Below, piece after piece: positions 40,535 through 64,000 of a stretch of DNA of 64,000 bases. The stretch spans positions 45,260,001-45,324,000 of the forward strand of contig OZ024748.1 of NCBI GenBank assembly GCA_964016885.1, written 5' to 3'. Below the pieces are notes generated by a model. The model was given only the letters and a program-made list of their open reading frames with translations, had not been told where the DNA came from and searched no databases. This DNA is from Eledone cirrhosa (lineage: Eukaryota). Every line of letters begins with the position of its first letter. The stretch's first letter is position 1. A program made the position numbers and the translations under genes.

Positions 40535-43367
40535 TTATTAAAATAACAGATTAAAGTTTAAGCAAAGAATCGCTGCTTTCACCCTTAACGGGATCTTCTG
40601 AAACTAACAAAGTCAATCTGTAAACGCAGAACTGGATATTTCAAAAAACGTTGCAACCGGAGGAAGACAGGAAGACGATACTTTGGTTCGTGGAAACGTT
40701 CGGTGGCTAAGAACGGGAAAAAACGAATATAATACGTCATTAATAGGTGCGGTGAAAAACAATTACGCGCAAAGACAGAACCACGTTTATGGTATAATAG
40801 AGGTCGTAGACTAATGTTCTCTTAGGTGGTGCATAGAGACGTTCTCTGGCGATGAACGAAAAAGACGAAGATAATACGTCATATGTGGATCGTGGAGAAC
40901 AATAGCACGCAAAGACAAAACCACGTAAATGGTATAGCAGAAGTCGTAGACTAAATTCTAACTAGGAGACCGAATGAATCTCCGCTACGGAGTAAAGAAC
41001 AAAGTAAATAAATACAATACAGAAGTAATAGAAATAAATAAATACATACACGCAAACAGAAACGTACATACACAACATACGCAAAAACTTACCATAGGTA
41101 AACAAAACCACGCACATATAAATATGTGTGTGTGTGTAAGCGTGTATACAAATAAATAAATAATTATATAAACGTATATAAATAAATAAATACGTATATA
41201 ACAAGCGCACACACATACCTATATGTAAATACACGAATGTTCGGAGACGTAAGTCAACCAAAACATGAAGTACACATATACACACGCCCTACATACATAC
41301 GAACCTGCATACTCCCACAGCCGCAAAACTCCCGTATACACATAGCCGAACCATATGTACCAGAATATATAAAAAAAATTATACGCCATAACAATCAAAT
41401 ATACGTACGAGAAGGTATACGTACCTTCACAAAACATACGGATAATATATACTTACCTATGCAAATAAGTAAAGGTATAAACAAAACATATACTTAGCTC
41501 CCACATCGAGACGTAAAATATCCACGTATAGATCGTACTATCCGTTAGGGTATAACGTGGGGCTGTAATACAGGAAAGTTTTGTGCAATTTATGTTTACA
41601 AGCCGAAATTGCCTCAGATTTTTTGTTTAAGATGTGGTCTGTGGCGTAGAGTATTTCCAGGGCCTCAGCGGCGCAGAGGTCACGTGGTCTTTTATTTCGT
41701 TATACGATCTAGCCCTAGCTAGGATTTCCCAGTGTAACTTATATTGGGTGTGGTTGTCTTTTAGACTCCAGATATAAGCTGAAAGTGACGTCATATTCCT
41801 TCTTAGAGGGTAACGAAAAGAATGGATATGCATGTAAAGACGCTGCTTGAATCTATTGGCGGTTAACCCTATGTAGGCCCTACGGGACGTGGGTGTTACA
41901 ACCTTACATTTGTAGACAATGTTACTAGAGAGGCATTTCCCGGATAGGGGGCAATCAACCCGATTCCTACAATTACAGTTAGTACTAACTACAGGGTTGC
42001 ACGTGTTCCTACGGCTAGGTAGTTTAGCTAAATTTGAAGCTGTGATGTTATGTGCAAGGTTAGGAGTCGTAGAGTAAGAAATTTTAATAGTATTTCTATT
42101 AAACTTTTACTATGTTTATGTGTAGGGGGGGAAATGCTTCGTAATAAGGGAAAGAAAGATCTTAGCTAATGGTGTGGCCACCTCCATATTATATGGTGGG
42201 TTATACCAACAAATGCGACGGGATCTATTTCTTCTAGGTCTATTTTCGTACTCTGTATATGCTACCTTATCGACAAATCCACTTCGAGCAAGAGCTTCAT
42301 TGTAATAAGTGGAATGGTCGTTGAAAATACGCTCGTTGGTGGAAAGACGGGAAAGCCTCAACGAAATGTTTCTTACCAGGTTCTAGGTTATGCTGGCAGG
42401 ATGGTTGGAATGCTTACTTATGTAATTAAGCGTATCATTCGGCTTTCTATACGGGTAATACAACCCATTCAATAAGTTGAGGGTAACTTCGAGGTAATTA
42501 ACGGCCGAGAGATTGGCCTCAACCTGTATAGAGAGGTTGAAGCCTTTAAAGAAGGCTGTGAGTTCTTTTCTGAACCTGTCGCAAGCACGAGGTCCGCACT
42601 TAGTCATGGTCAAAAGACCATCGTCACGCTACAAACCACCGCCCGCGTTGGGGAATTCGTCCTTGATAGAGAAAAGAAGGAAAAGGCCGATAAGATCAGT
42701 AACCTCCGCAGAACCACTGGCGCCCATACTCACGTCGAATGGGGTACTATTGGATTTTTTTTATCCAAATAGAGTCGTCGAAATTAATCACCGACTTACA
42801 GGCATTGAGGATGACATCAACTTCGAAATCCTTAACCACTGTGAGTGTTTTAGCGAAATTGATAGCTCTAAGGAGAAGTGGTAAAGTGATGGAGGAGTAG
42901 TAATTGTTGATGTCGAATTGGATAAAACGGCAATGTTCCTTGTTACATATGCCGTTGAACCAATCAATCACCACGAAGGAATTGTTCCACAGTGCAAGAG
43001 GGGCCAAACTTCTAATTTCAGGTATAATTCTATCAAGAATCGTCTTACTAAATCTACCTAAATCGGACTTCGTAGGGTTAATAAGCCGAATAGAGGGGTT
43101 GTTCGGAAAATTGGATTTGTGTTCCTTCAGGGTAAAGTGGGGAGAAATAGGGTCCAGAGGTTCGGTCCGGTCCAGGATGTTGAGATCAGATGTGATTTTA
43201 AACCCAGCATCGTTGATTTCATTGATGACGCACCGATTAGTTTTACGGTAATCCTTAGTTACAGCATTATGTAGTAGTTGATGGTAAGTACTGCGCTTCA
43301 CTTGATATAGGTTGCCAGTTTTGTCGGAATGGACGTGCACAGCATTAGTCTTCAAATTTATTATTAT

Positions 43368-43372
<5 letters not shown>
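40535..43372 (-). mobile_element. 5'-truncated, frameshifted PLE family C (related to B) with ~1-kb 3'UTR/pLTR
   Basis: SDKTGN, TLKEHK, IRLINP, IQFDINNYYSSI, YLEVTL, WYNPPY, IWSLK...WEIL. Confidence 0.92.
40555..40605 (-). ncRNA. Type I HHR variant with CAGAAGA core, family C pLTR
   Basis: Reverse complement: agttt CAGAAGA t ccc gttaa ggg t GAAA gca gcgattctt tgc TT aaact; same core at 23752-23802. Confidence 0.65.
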
Positions 43373-43430
<58 letters not shown>

Positions 43431-43639
43431 TAGTATTTATATATATATATAAAATTGTAATATATTTAAACAGAGCCACATCCGTTTGAAGAGATATAAA
43501 TGTTTACAGATTTGATACATTTCAAAATTGGTTTGTATTATTTCGTTTATAGATCGGTATTTGTTATATGTTCGATATCAAATCGATTTAGTGATTCTCA
43601 CGTATTTCATAATAGTTATTTAACAAAACCTATAACGAA

Positions 43640-44730
43640 AACACCACCACTACACCACCACTACCACCACCACCACCGGCACCAGCAGCAGCACCAGCAC
43701 GAGCACCAGCACCACCACCTACACCACCACCGCCACCACCACCACCACCAGTACACCACAACTACAGCCACCATAACTACTATTATCAGCCCAAATCCCC
43801 ATTTACAGCTCAACCACATCCACAACCCCACACCACCACCACTAACACCAGCACTACCAGCACCACCACCACCACCACCACTAACCTCTCCCACCACTAA
43901 CACCAACACCACCAACACTAACACTAACACCACCACCACCACCACCACTAACCTCTCCCCGCACTAACACCAACTCCACCAACACTAACACTAACACTAA
44001 CACCACCACCACCACCACCAACACCACCACTAACCTCTCTCCCCACTAACACCAACACCACCAACACTAACACTAACACTAACACTAACACTAACACCAC
44101 CACCACCACCACCACCACCACTAAATTCTCCCCCCACTAACACCAACACCACCAACACTAACACTAACACCAACACCGCCACCACTAAGCTCTCCCCCCA
44201 CCAACACCATCACCACCACTACCACCACAACTAACCTCTCCTCCCACCAACACCATCACCACCACCACCACCACCACTAACCTCTCCCCCCACCAACACC
44301 ATCACCAACAACACCACCACCACCACCACTAACCTCTCCCCCACTAACACCAACACCACGACCACCACCACCACCACCACTAACCTCTCCCCCCACTAAT
44401 ACCAACAACACCACCACCACCACCACCACTAACCTCTCCTCCCACTAACACCAACACCACCGCCACCACCACCACCACCAGTAACCTCTCCCCCCACTAA
44501 CACCAACACCACCATCACCACCACCACTAACCTCTCCCCCACTAACACCCCCCACCACCGCCACCATTTACCTCTACCCCCCCACTAACCTCTCCCCCCA
44601 ACACCATCCCACCACCACCACCACCACCACCATCACCACCACTACCAACACCAGCAAAAACAACAACGACAATTACAACAAACACAACAACCTCTGCCAC
44701 TACCAGTCGCACCACCACTACCACCCCCAC
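43640..44730. repeat. (CAC)n-derived minisatellite with recurring accactaacctctcccccc unit
   Basis: Roughly a dozen 50-75-bp units read directly. Confidence 0.9.
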
Positions 44731-44897
44731 CATACATAAATATATACATACAATTATCTGTATACATACACACACACACACACATATATATATATACATA
44801 TATATATATTTATATATATATATATATATAAATCAGGAAAGAAGATTGACATGGTTTGCAACACAAAAAAGGTTTTTAATCTCATTGCTGACAATTG

Positions 44898-44954
<57 letters not shown>

Positions 44955-45078
44955 TTAGAAAGCCACAACAATGCAGAAATCTCGAGCCTACCTCGAGATT
45001 TCCCATCTGCATTGTTGTGGCTTTCTAAACTACATATTTTACACATTTCACAATGCTTCAAGCAAACTTTAACACCCT

Positions 45079-45136
<58 letters not shown>

Positions 45137-45139
<3 letters not shown>

Positions 45140-45903
45140 AAATGGGGAGAAGAATACTGCAGGTTGCACATGGATAACATGTTATAAAATGAGTCCCTCA
45201 TCAGTGATTTGCCAACGATCATAGATATTTCATTGCATTAAAAATCATATACCTCACGTTGGTGCAATAATAACTAAATTAAGTTATTAGGACAATTAAA
45301 ACGCGTAAAGCGAGTGAGACAAGTAAACAACAAAGAGGAAAGCTAACCGTAGATAGGAAGGGAACAAGCTACCTAGTTATTCTGTTAGCATAAGCTAGGT
45401 GAATATATGAGCGCATAGAAAAAAGACCTTTCGAGATGAATCCAAATGTAAGAAAGAAGGAAAATGTATTCGTCGCGAACGGGGTGAAGTGAGAAGGGGA
45501 GAAACAGTGAGTGAGTGAGTGGAAGTGTGAGGAAAAGTTAACTGACATGACAGAGGGGGCGAAAGAAAGTAGGAGAAACAGAGAGAACGAGGGAGCAGTA
45601 AGAGAGAGAGAGAGAGAAAAACAGAATCGCAGTTTAGGTAAATATGTGAAAAAATGGGGAGAAGAATACTGCAGGTTGCACATGGATAACATGTTATAAA
45701 ATGAGTCCCTCATCAGTGATTTGCCAACGATCATAGATAATTCATTGCATTAAAAATCATATACCTCACGTTGGTGCAATAATATCAAAATTAAGTTATT
45801 AGGACAATTAAAACGCGTAAAGCGAGTGAGACAAGTAAAGAACAAAGAGGAAAGCTAAGCGTAGATAGGAAGGGAACAAGCTACATAGTTATTCTGTTAG
45901 CAT
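45137..45903 (-). mobile_element. 1.5-mer tandem of the lineage 1 retrozyme-like element; permuted HHRs at 45191-45293 and 45703-45805
   Basis: Direct repeat with 512-bp period (gagtccct at 45191 and 45703); no meaningful ORF; TA flanks. Confidence 0.85.
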
Positions 45904-45918
45904 ATATGAATATATATA

Positions 45919-47680
45919 TTTAAGATTTGGTGAGGTTGTGTGTTGTGCGTGTGTGTGTGTGTTTGTGTAGAATATCCGAGATGGAGTGTTTTAGCCTGAT
46001 GAGTTTAGTGTCGAGTTCGTGGTTGGTGGGTGGGGGTTGGAGTGGGTTGTCGGGGCGGTAAGTGGGGAACTTGGGGTGGGTTGCGTGGGCGCTGTTATTT
46101 TCCGTGGCGCTGTTGATGGCGGTCACCCATTTAAGTTGGTAGGCGGCTCGACAGAAGTTGGCCTAAGCCACTCACCAAATCTCAACTCACCACTCTCTCC
46201 AACCTGAAATCGAAGAACCTCACCTACCTCCCCCCGACAAGGTAAAAGAATTCTGCGTCATCAGCAGAGAGGCCTACAAAACCCTGGCCCTCCAACATCT
46301 TGAAGATGACAACCTCTACTCCAAGGTCACGGGAATCACTCCCGCGCAGATAGAGGAGCACATCAACGCCACCTGGACCAACATCTGCGACCGACGGAAG
46401 CTCCCGAAGAAGCTGAGTTACAACCTCCTCGCGAGGAACAGCAGACTACCCGCCTTCTACCCCCTCGTGAAAACACACAAACAGGGACCCGACCTGAAGA
46501 TCAGAACCATTGTATCGAGCGTGGAAGGACCGCTCTACAAAATCTCATGGTTCCTAGCCAGAATACTCAAACCCATCCTAGACACCTTGCCAGGATACGT
46601 AAACAGCTCCGAGGACGTGATGGAGCGCCTGCATCAAATGGATCCCGCCACCAGAAAGGCTAACAGATATGCCTTCAGCCTTGATGTAGTCACTCTCTAC
46701 ACCTCGGTCCCGGCACTCCCGGCCGTTAATATACTGATGGAACGCGTCCAATCTACCGACCCACAGTGCTTCGGGCTCACCACCACTGACATCCACCAAA
46801 CCTATCCATCGTCGTTGACAACACATACTTCGGATTTCTCGACCAAACATACCAGCAAACCTCGGGACTGCCCGTGGTCTCTAGCCTGTCGGGTGTGCTA
46901 GCGAACTCATACATGGACAGCCTTGAGCGTAAGGCACTCAACACCTGCCACCCCAACGCCGTCGCCTTTTTCTCAAGGTACGTGGACGATATCCTCATCA
47001 TCACATCTTCCCAAGAGATGGCGAACAGAATCTATGATACGTTCAACAACACGGACGAGAACATTGATTTCAGTGTTGAACACCCCAGCGACTACGGCTC
47101 ACTTGCCCTCCTCGACTTCTGAATCAACATCACGGAACAGGGAGGGATCCACTCCAGCTTCTACCGCAAGGCAGCCTGCGGGGACCTGTTCGTTCACTAC
47201 AAGTCCGCCCTCCCTAACAGTGGTAAAAGAGGGTACATCACGAACGAGATCACGCGAATTGAAAACAGATGCAGCGATCCCGCGAGTGGTGTCACCCATA
47301 CCAAGCGATTCCTCAAAGTACTGGAGACGGGTACCCTGCCTCACTTACAAACAGAATAAGAGACACCAGACGCAAGAGGCAGAGAAACACCCAATGCAAG
47401 TGCTTCCTTAAAATACCACACCTGGGCGAGAATACCACCAACGCTATCCGCAGGGCTATACGGAGGGATGGCCTCGACATTGACCTGGCCCACTCGGGCC
47501 CCTCCCAACGAAGATGCCACTCCAGGAAACCCGGGTAATCGACTGACGCGTGCTCCCTAGAAACTGCCCGATGCGCCATACGAACTGTTGCCTACGCACA
47601 TACGTCGTGTATAAGGTAGAATGTAACAAGTGCAACCACTACTATATAGGTAGCACAATCCGGCCGCTACACATCCGATT
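45919..47680 (+). mobile_element. Decayed Penelope/Poseidon-like PLE (family G) with inverted 5' segment 45919-46140
   Basis: VKTHK..IRTIVS, SLDVVTLYTSVP, LSGVLANSYM, RYVDDIL, LALLD, VVYKVECNKCNHYYIGST across shifted frames. Confidence 0.9.
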
Positions 47681-47686
47681 GAGTTT

Positions 47687-47766
47687 GTATCCTGATGAGT
47701 TCGTTACTCTAGATTCATCCTTACTAATAGGATATCTCAAAATACGAGCGAAACCATGGTAGAGAT
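47687..47766 (+). ncRNA. Type I HHR with long branched stem II
   Basis: tc CTGATGA gttcgt ... acgagc GAAA ccatgg TA ga; palindromic loop III; helix I short. Confidence 0.7.
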
Positions 47767-48146
47767 GTAATTACGGTATGTACACGTTTCTTCTAACTTT
47801 AAATTTATACCTAATTGTGTATGGTTGACGGTATATTTAGTCAGTTTCTACATGCTGTTGAAATGTTGGGTAAATACCCCATTGGGGGTCAACCGCGAAG
47901 AGGCCGCTTTCGGTTATTTATCAAATATTTCTTCATAGGAGCCTTTATTCTTATAGCCTGGTCTAATTGATTTTTTATATGGTTAATTATGCTAATTGGG
48001 AGAGAAAATGGTATATATTTTATCTAATAATTCTAAGGACATGATTTATGATATATTGCTCTGATTATTTAATTTATTAATTCTTCATTGAGCCACATCG
48101 TGACCGGTTGCCACATATATATCTGTGACTTTATGTATATGTAAAA

Positions 48147-48204
<58 letters not shown>

Positions 48205-48483
48205 CGAAGGAAGTGTGGTAAGGAACCAGATGGACCATAACGCACCAGAGTACTCAATACTTGAAACGGCTTGAGCTCTGCTGTCGGGTTAAACTTTTTC
48301 ATATATATATATATATATATATATGTAGAAGGAGTATTTAATTTGTTGTAATTCCGACAAATATAAATGTTTATAACTGATTTAGAGGACTCAACAGTAG
48401 ACTGGAGTAACTATCCAGTGAATTTCCAACTGATAAGATATGATTTTCATGGGTATGTCTCTATTTATAAAAAAAACTTTCTA

Positions 48484-48545
48484 TTTTATTTGATGAAAGC
48501 GTACCAATGTTGTCTTGGTACCCTAGAAATATATATAATAAAATA
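48484..48545 (+). ncRNA. HHR of the TATATA-loop family (core TTGATGA, probably decayed)
   Basis: tttat TTGATGA aagcgtacc..ggtacccta GAAA tatata TA ataaa. Confidence 0.55.
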
Positions 48546-48601
48546 AATATGGTTTTATAAATATAGTTTCCATTTATTTAATATCATGGTATATATATAT
48601 G

Positions 48602-48651
<50 letters not shown>

Positions 48652-48895
48652 TCCGACGAAAATACTTCATTTATATATATATAGTTTATCCAGGTTCCTC
48701 CATCACACCTTGCTAAACAAATTCCTGACCGTCATATATAACACACACACACACACACAGTCCAGAATTAGCCGTCGAAACGGCTTGAGCTCAGCCGTCG
48801 GGGTCTTACTTGTTCCTATTACCCACTCTACTACCCTAAGTATTGAGTACTTTGGTGCGTTATGGTCCACCTGGTTCCTTACCACATTTCCTTCG

Positions 48896-48933
<38 letters not shown>

Positions 48934-49215
48934 CCCATGCTAGCGTGGAAGATAGACGTTAAACGATGATGATGATAATTGACTTCAATGTCACCAAATC
49001 GATTGATATTCTCTAGTAGGGTTTTCGAGACTAGAAACGGGTGGTAACTTAACCACTAACATGCTAGTCGATACATCGATGTCTATCAATTAATCGATCC
49101 TCTGAAACGATCGTAAAACAATGATCTAACTCTCTACCTACACTTAACTTGTGTTTTATTCATTGTTCTGTTCGTAAACACATAATCACACACACACTCA
49201 CACACACACACATAC

Positions 49216-49292
<77 letters not shown>

Positions 49293-50399
49293 TGCCCCAC
49301 GTCATCGAGTATGGCCATTGCATGATATACCATTATTAATAATAATTAATTAATTCTATCGTGCAATGCCTGTGCGTGAAGATATTTTTTAAAGTGAGGA
49401 AAGACTGTGCACTGAGCCAATCCCACTCTCTGAGCGACAGTAGCTATAACCCGAAAAGAAGAAGAGATCAACATCATCGGTAACTACTGAGCCGCCGCAG
49501 GTTTTATATCGGAGTTATCCCAGTTTCCTGAGTTGCCTTCTCCTAGAAGAATGCCCTGACAAAGGCTAGGGGTCCTTCACTCCCAGTGGTTTAATCGCGC
49601 GATCGGGTGTCCAGCTCGACTGTTTCTATGTCCCCGCGCATATGCATGCACATACATCGATGTATATACACATATACATATACATACATATGTACATGTG
49701 TATATACATATTTACACACTTTTGGATGGCCGTTGACTCTTATGAGTTCTTCCGCCCATTGTCAGGTTTTGTTTTTTGTCCTGCAGGGTGTTCAAAATCA
49801 CACTCCTCACCAAGTAAACTTGGTGGGGTTGCCGGTTTAGTCGCCGACGACCCGACCATGCGACAGGTTGTACTGGGTTTCATGTTACCAGTATCACTCA
49901 AGAGTGACCCGACATATATACATACATATATATATAAATTTTCACGACTATTTCTATACATTTAAACACATGTACATACATATGTTTAAATGTATAGAAA
50001 TAGTCGTGAAAATTAAATTTATTTTTTCTTTCAATATTGACCGCCACAAAAAACTGTCTCTAGTGTGGGTAACTATTTTATGAATATATATTTGTTTTGA
50101 AATAAATCTGTCTAATGTCTACATAAAATGTATTGTAGAAACTCTCCTAACACTCATTGTATTTATATATTTACATGAATACATGGGACTTAATAAAGTT
50201 AACAGGAAGTATATATATGGTGAGACAAACCAACTGACATAGTCATACAGAGACACACAGACATATTTACACACACACATATATATATATATATATGTAT
50301 ATATGTAAATATGTCTGTGTGTCTATGTCAGTTGATTTGTCTCACCATATATATATATAATAAACGAAGCCAAATTTAACATGTTTGACTTATTTATTT

Positions 50400-50443
<44 letters not shown>

Positions 50444-50459
50444 ACTTTGACAATATATG

Positions 50460-50670
50460 AACAATCATCTGGTTGTGGAACCAACCAACCAACCAACCGG
50501 AAATTTATAAATTCCTAAATTTAAAAATTTAATTTATAATAAATTGAAGTGAAAGCTATGGTGCGTGTGTTTCTTATTGGCAACATGACCCTCCCAAAGT
50601 ATAACAATATCGGTTTCAACACAAATTTTCAGATAAAGAATCTTGCTAAACAAATTCAGAAACGAAATAT
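50460..50670 (+). mobile_element. Family A fragment spanning the 3' end to ORF start junction
   Basis: Matches the reverse complement of 36400-36555 and continues into the reverse complement of 40405-40470. Confidence 0.85.
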
Positions 50671-51102
50671 ATATATATATAAAATAAATAAATCAAACAT
50701 GTTAAATTAGGTTTCGTTTATTATAAATTCTCTGCTTTATATATTTCAGTAACAGCTATTATTGGCTCTGACCTCATTAGGCAGTACGAATTAATGGAGA
50801 AAAAACAGGTAAACTTGTTGTTGAAATGTGTTCCACTCTGTCAATTCATCGAAATGTCCAGCTCCTGGGTTTGTTGTTAGTCGTCCGAGGAATATATATA
50901 TATATATATATAGTAATAATAGTAATAATAATAAAATTGAAGACTAAAATCCAAAGAGGGCTCGATAAGGAAAATATATATCAAATATATAAGAACCGTA
51001 GAGCAAATATTTATTAAAATAACAGATTAAAGTTTAAGCAAAGAATCGCTGCTTAAGGGTGAAAGCAGCGATTCTTTGCTTAAACTTTAATCTGTTATTT
51101 TA

Positions 51103-51143
<41 letters not shown>

Positions 51144-51169
51144 GATGTATGTGTATACAGACACACACA

Positions 51170-51250
<81 letters not shown>

Positions 51251-51407
51251 GACACATATATATATACACATATATATTCATAACTGTTGAAAATGCAAGA
51301 GCTCAGCTGTCGGGGACCGACACGTTATAATATAACCATACTCTTCTACACGAAGTATCGAGTACTCTGTTGAGTAAGGTTCTAACCAATTTCAAACTGA
51401 ATCCATC

Positions 51408-51472
<65 letters not shown>

Positions 51473-51699
51473 TCTTTTACCTGTTTCAGCCATCCGGCTG
51501 AGGCCATGCTGGGGCACCGCCCTTGTATATATATATATATATTGTTATACTTCACACACGATTTCATATCAAAAACCTCATAAAACAAATCCATCGCCGT
51601 TATTATATAACTTTGCCTTTCATCCTTACGGGGTCGATAAAATAAAGTACCAGTAATGTACTGGGTATTAGCTGGCCTTGTGCCTAAAGTAGAAACAGT

Positions 51700-51739
<40 letters not shown>

Positions 51740-51809
51740 TTCCAAAAATAATGGTTGCATTTCAATAGGGTACGTCAAAGCTTATTTGTAAAACTGTTAT
51801 ATATTGTAT

Positions 51810-51868
51810 TTTGTCTGAAGAAGGCATACCATAATTTAATTTGGTATCCCTGAAATATGTATAACGAA
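51810..51868 (+). ncRNA. Type I HHR of the TATATA-loop family
   Basis: tttgt CTGAAGA aggcatacc..ggtatccct GAAA tatgta TA acgaa; helix I covaries with tttat/ataaa. Confidence 0.72.
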
Positions 51869-52869
51869 ATAAATATGGTTTTATAAATATAGTTTCCATT
51901 TATTAATATCGTATATATATATATATATATATATAAAGGATAAAAAGGACGATTGATTATTCCTTCATTGCATTTATTGATAGGTGACGCGCGTTTCGCC
52001 ACTGATCAGCTCAAGGTTCGATCTGTATCGATCCTACCCGACTCAATAATCCGCAGCTCGACGGACCCTCTTAAAATGCTATAAGAAAATGAAATACATG
52101 CTAAGTGGTAAAGTCAGAGTTTCAAGAGTTTGACAAAATGAGTTGTTTTGATTGGTGGGAAGGATCAAGGCGATGTACTGGCCTGTAGTGTATATGGGGG
52201 TCGGTGTGATGGTGAGATGTTGGTGACGATGGGTGGATGAGGTGGGTTGTGATGTGGTGGTGGGTGGTTGGCCTTGGCGTGTAGAATATGTGGGGGTGGA
52301 TGTGATGATATGGTGGTGTTTATGGTTGCTTAGTGGGATGGGCTGTGGTAGGAAGTTAGTGGATTGTCAGTAGACGGGTTGGCGTGTGGGTGTGTGATAG
52401 GGCGGGAGTATTGATGCCGTTGTCTATGGTAGCGGCGTTTGTAGTGGTGTGGTGGATGTATTGGTGGCGTCAAGGTCCTTACCTAGATACATAGCTAGAC
52501 GCTCTTCGTCTGACAGATACTTTGTATATACGTATACGCACACACACATATATATATATATGTGCACACATATTGTTGTATAAACACACACAACACAAAA
52601 CACATACGCACATCCTTGCCCACACATATCGACACACGCTCACACACAGCCATATGTATATGTACTCACATGTATGTGCATGCGCGCATGCGGAAACGAA
52701 TATCGAGAGTGGGGGAGTATCGGTGGGGGTGGCGATTGACAGCGATGGGGGGAAGGTGAGAGGCAATGTAGAAGGTGTTTTATACACATACATATACCCA
52801 TACACACATATGGGTACGGGCACATGGACTCACACTCACGTATACAAAATATACACATACACACTCACA

Positions 52870-64000
<11,131 letters not shown>

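Noticed and set aside
43860-44600. Telomere-like array (ggttag on the minus strand)
   Set aside because: No tandem TTAGGG; it is a CAC-derived minisatellite
47120-47122. In-frame TGA in the family G RT as selenocysteine recoding
   Set aside because: Not at a Cys position, the element has several frameshifts, and no SECIS was recognised
51980-52015. GAAACGCGCGTC acct (minus strand; variants at ~55860 and ~61224) as a full HHR
   Set aside because: Only the 3' half is recognisable; no CUGANGA with a matching helix I found. The same applies to GAAACGATCGTA at 49104

Overview
AT-rich, microsatellite-saturated animal DNA. The SINE, RTE and mariner repertoire resembles a coleoid cephalopod, probably an octopod (inference). 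Most ORFs in the track are translations of (TA)n, (CA)n or trinucleotide repeats. The real coding remnants are Penelope-like retroelements (PLEs: RT plus C-terminal GIY-YIG endonuclease) of at least five families, nearly all inserted in (TA)n. They include one near-full-length copy at 36400-40523 (-). About 25 hammerhead ribozyme (HHR) motifs can be read by eye in PLE pseudo-LTRs and in non-coding TA-inserted elements. The main finding is a non-coding, retrozyme-like element with five ribozyme copies in two lineages, one as a 512-bp tandem. Its hammerhead has the conserved strands in the non-circular order NUH -> GAAA -> CUGAUGA, with pseudoknotted helices supported by compensatory changes between copies. 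Also present: many fold-back palindromic insertions in (TA)n, tRNA-derived SINE clusters including a serial-insertion array, a ~4-kb inverted repeat followed by a ~5-kb tandem duplication, and weak candidate exons of a minus-strand host gene. All RNA folds were done by eye; none were computed or tested.
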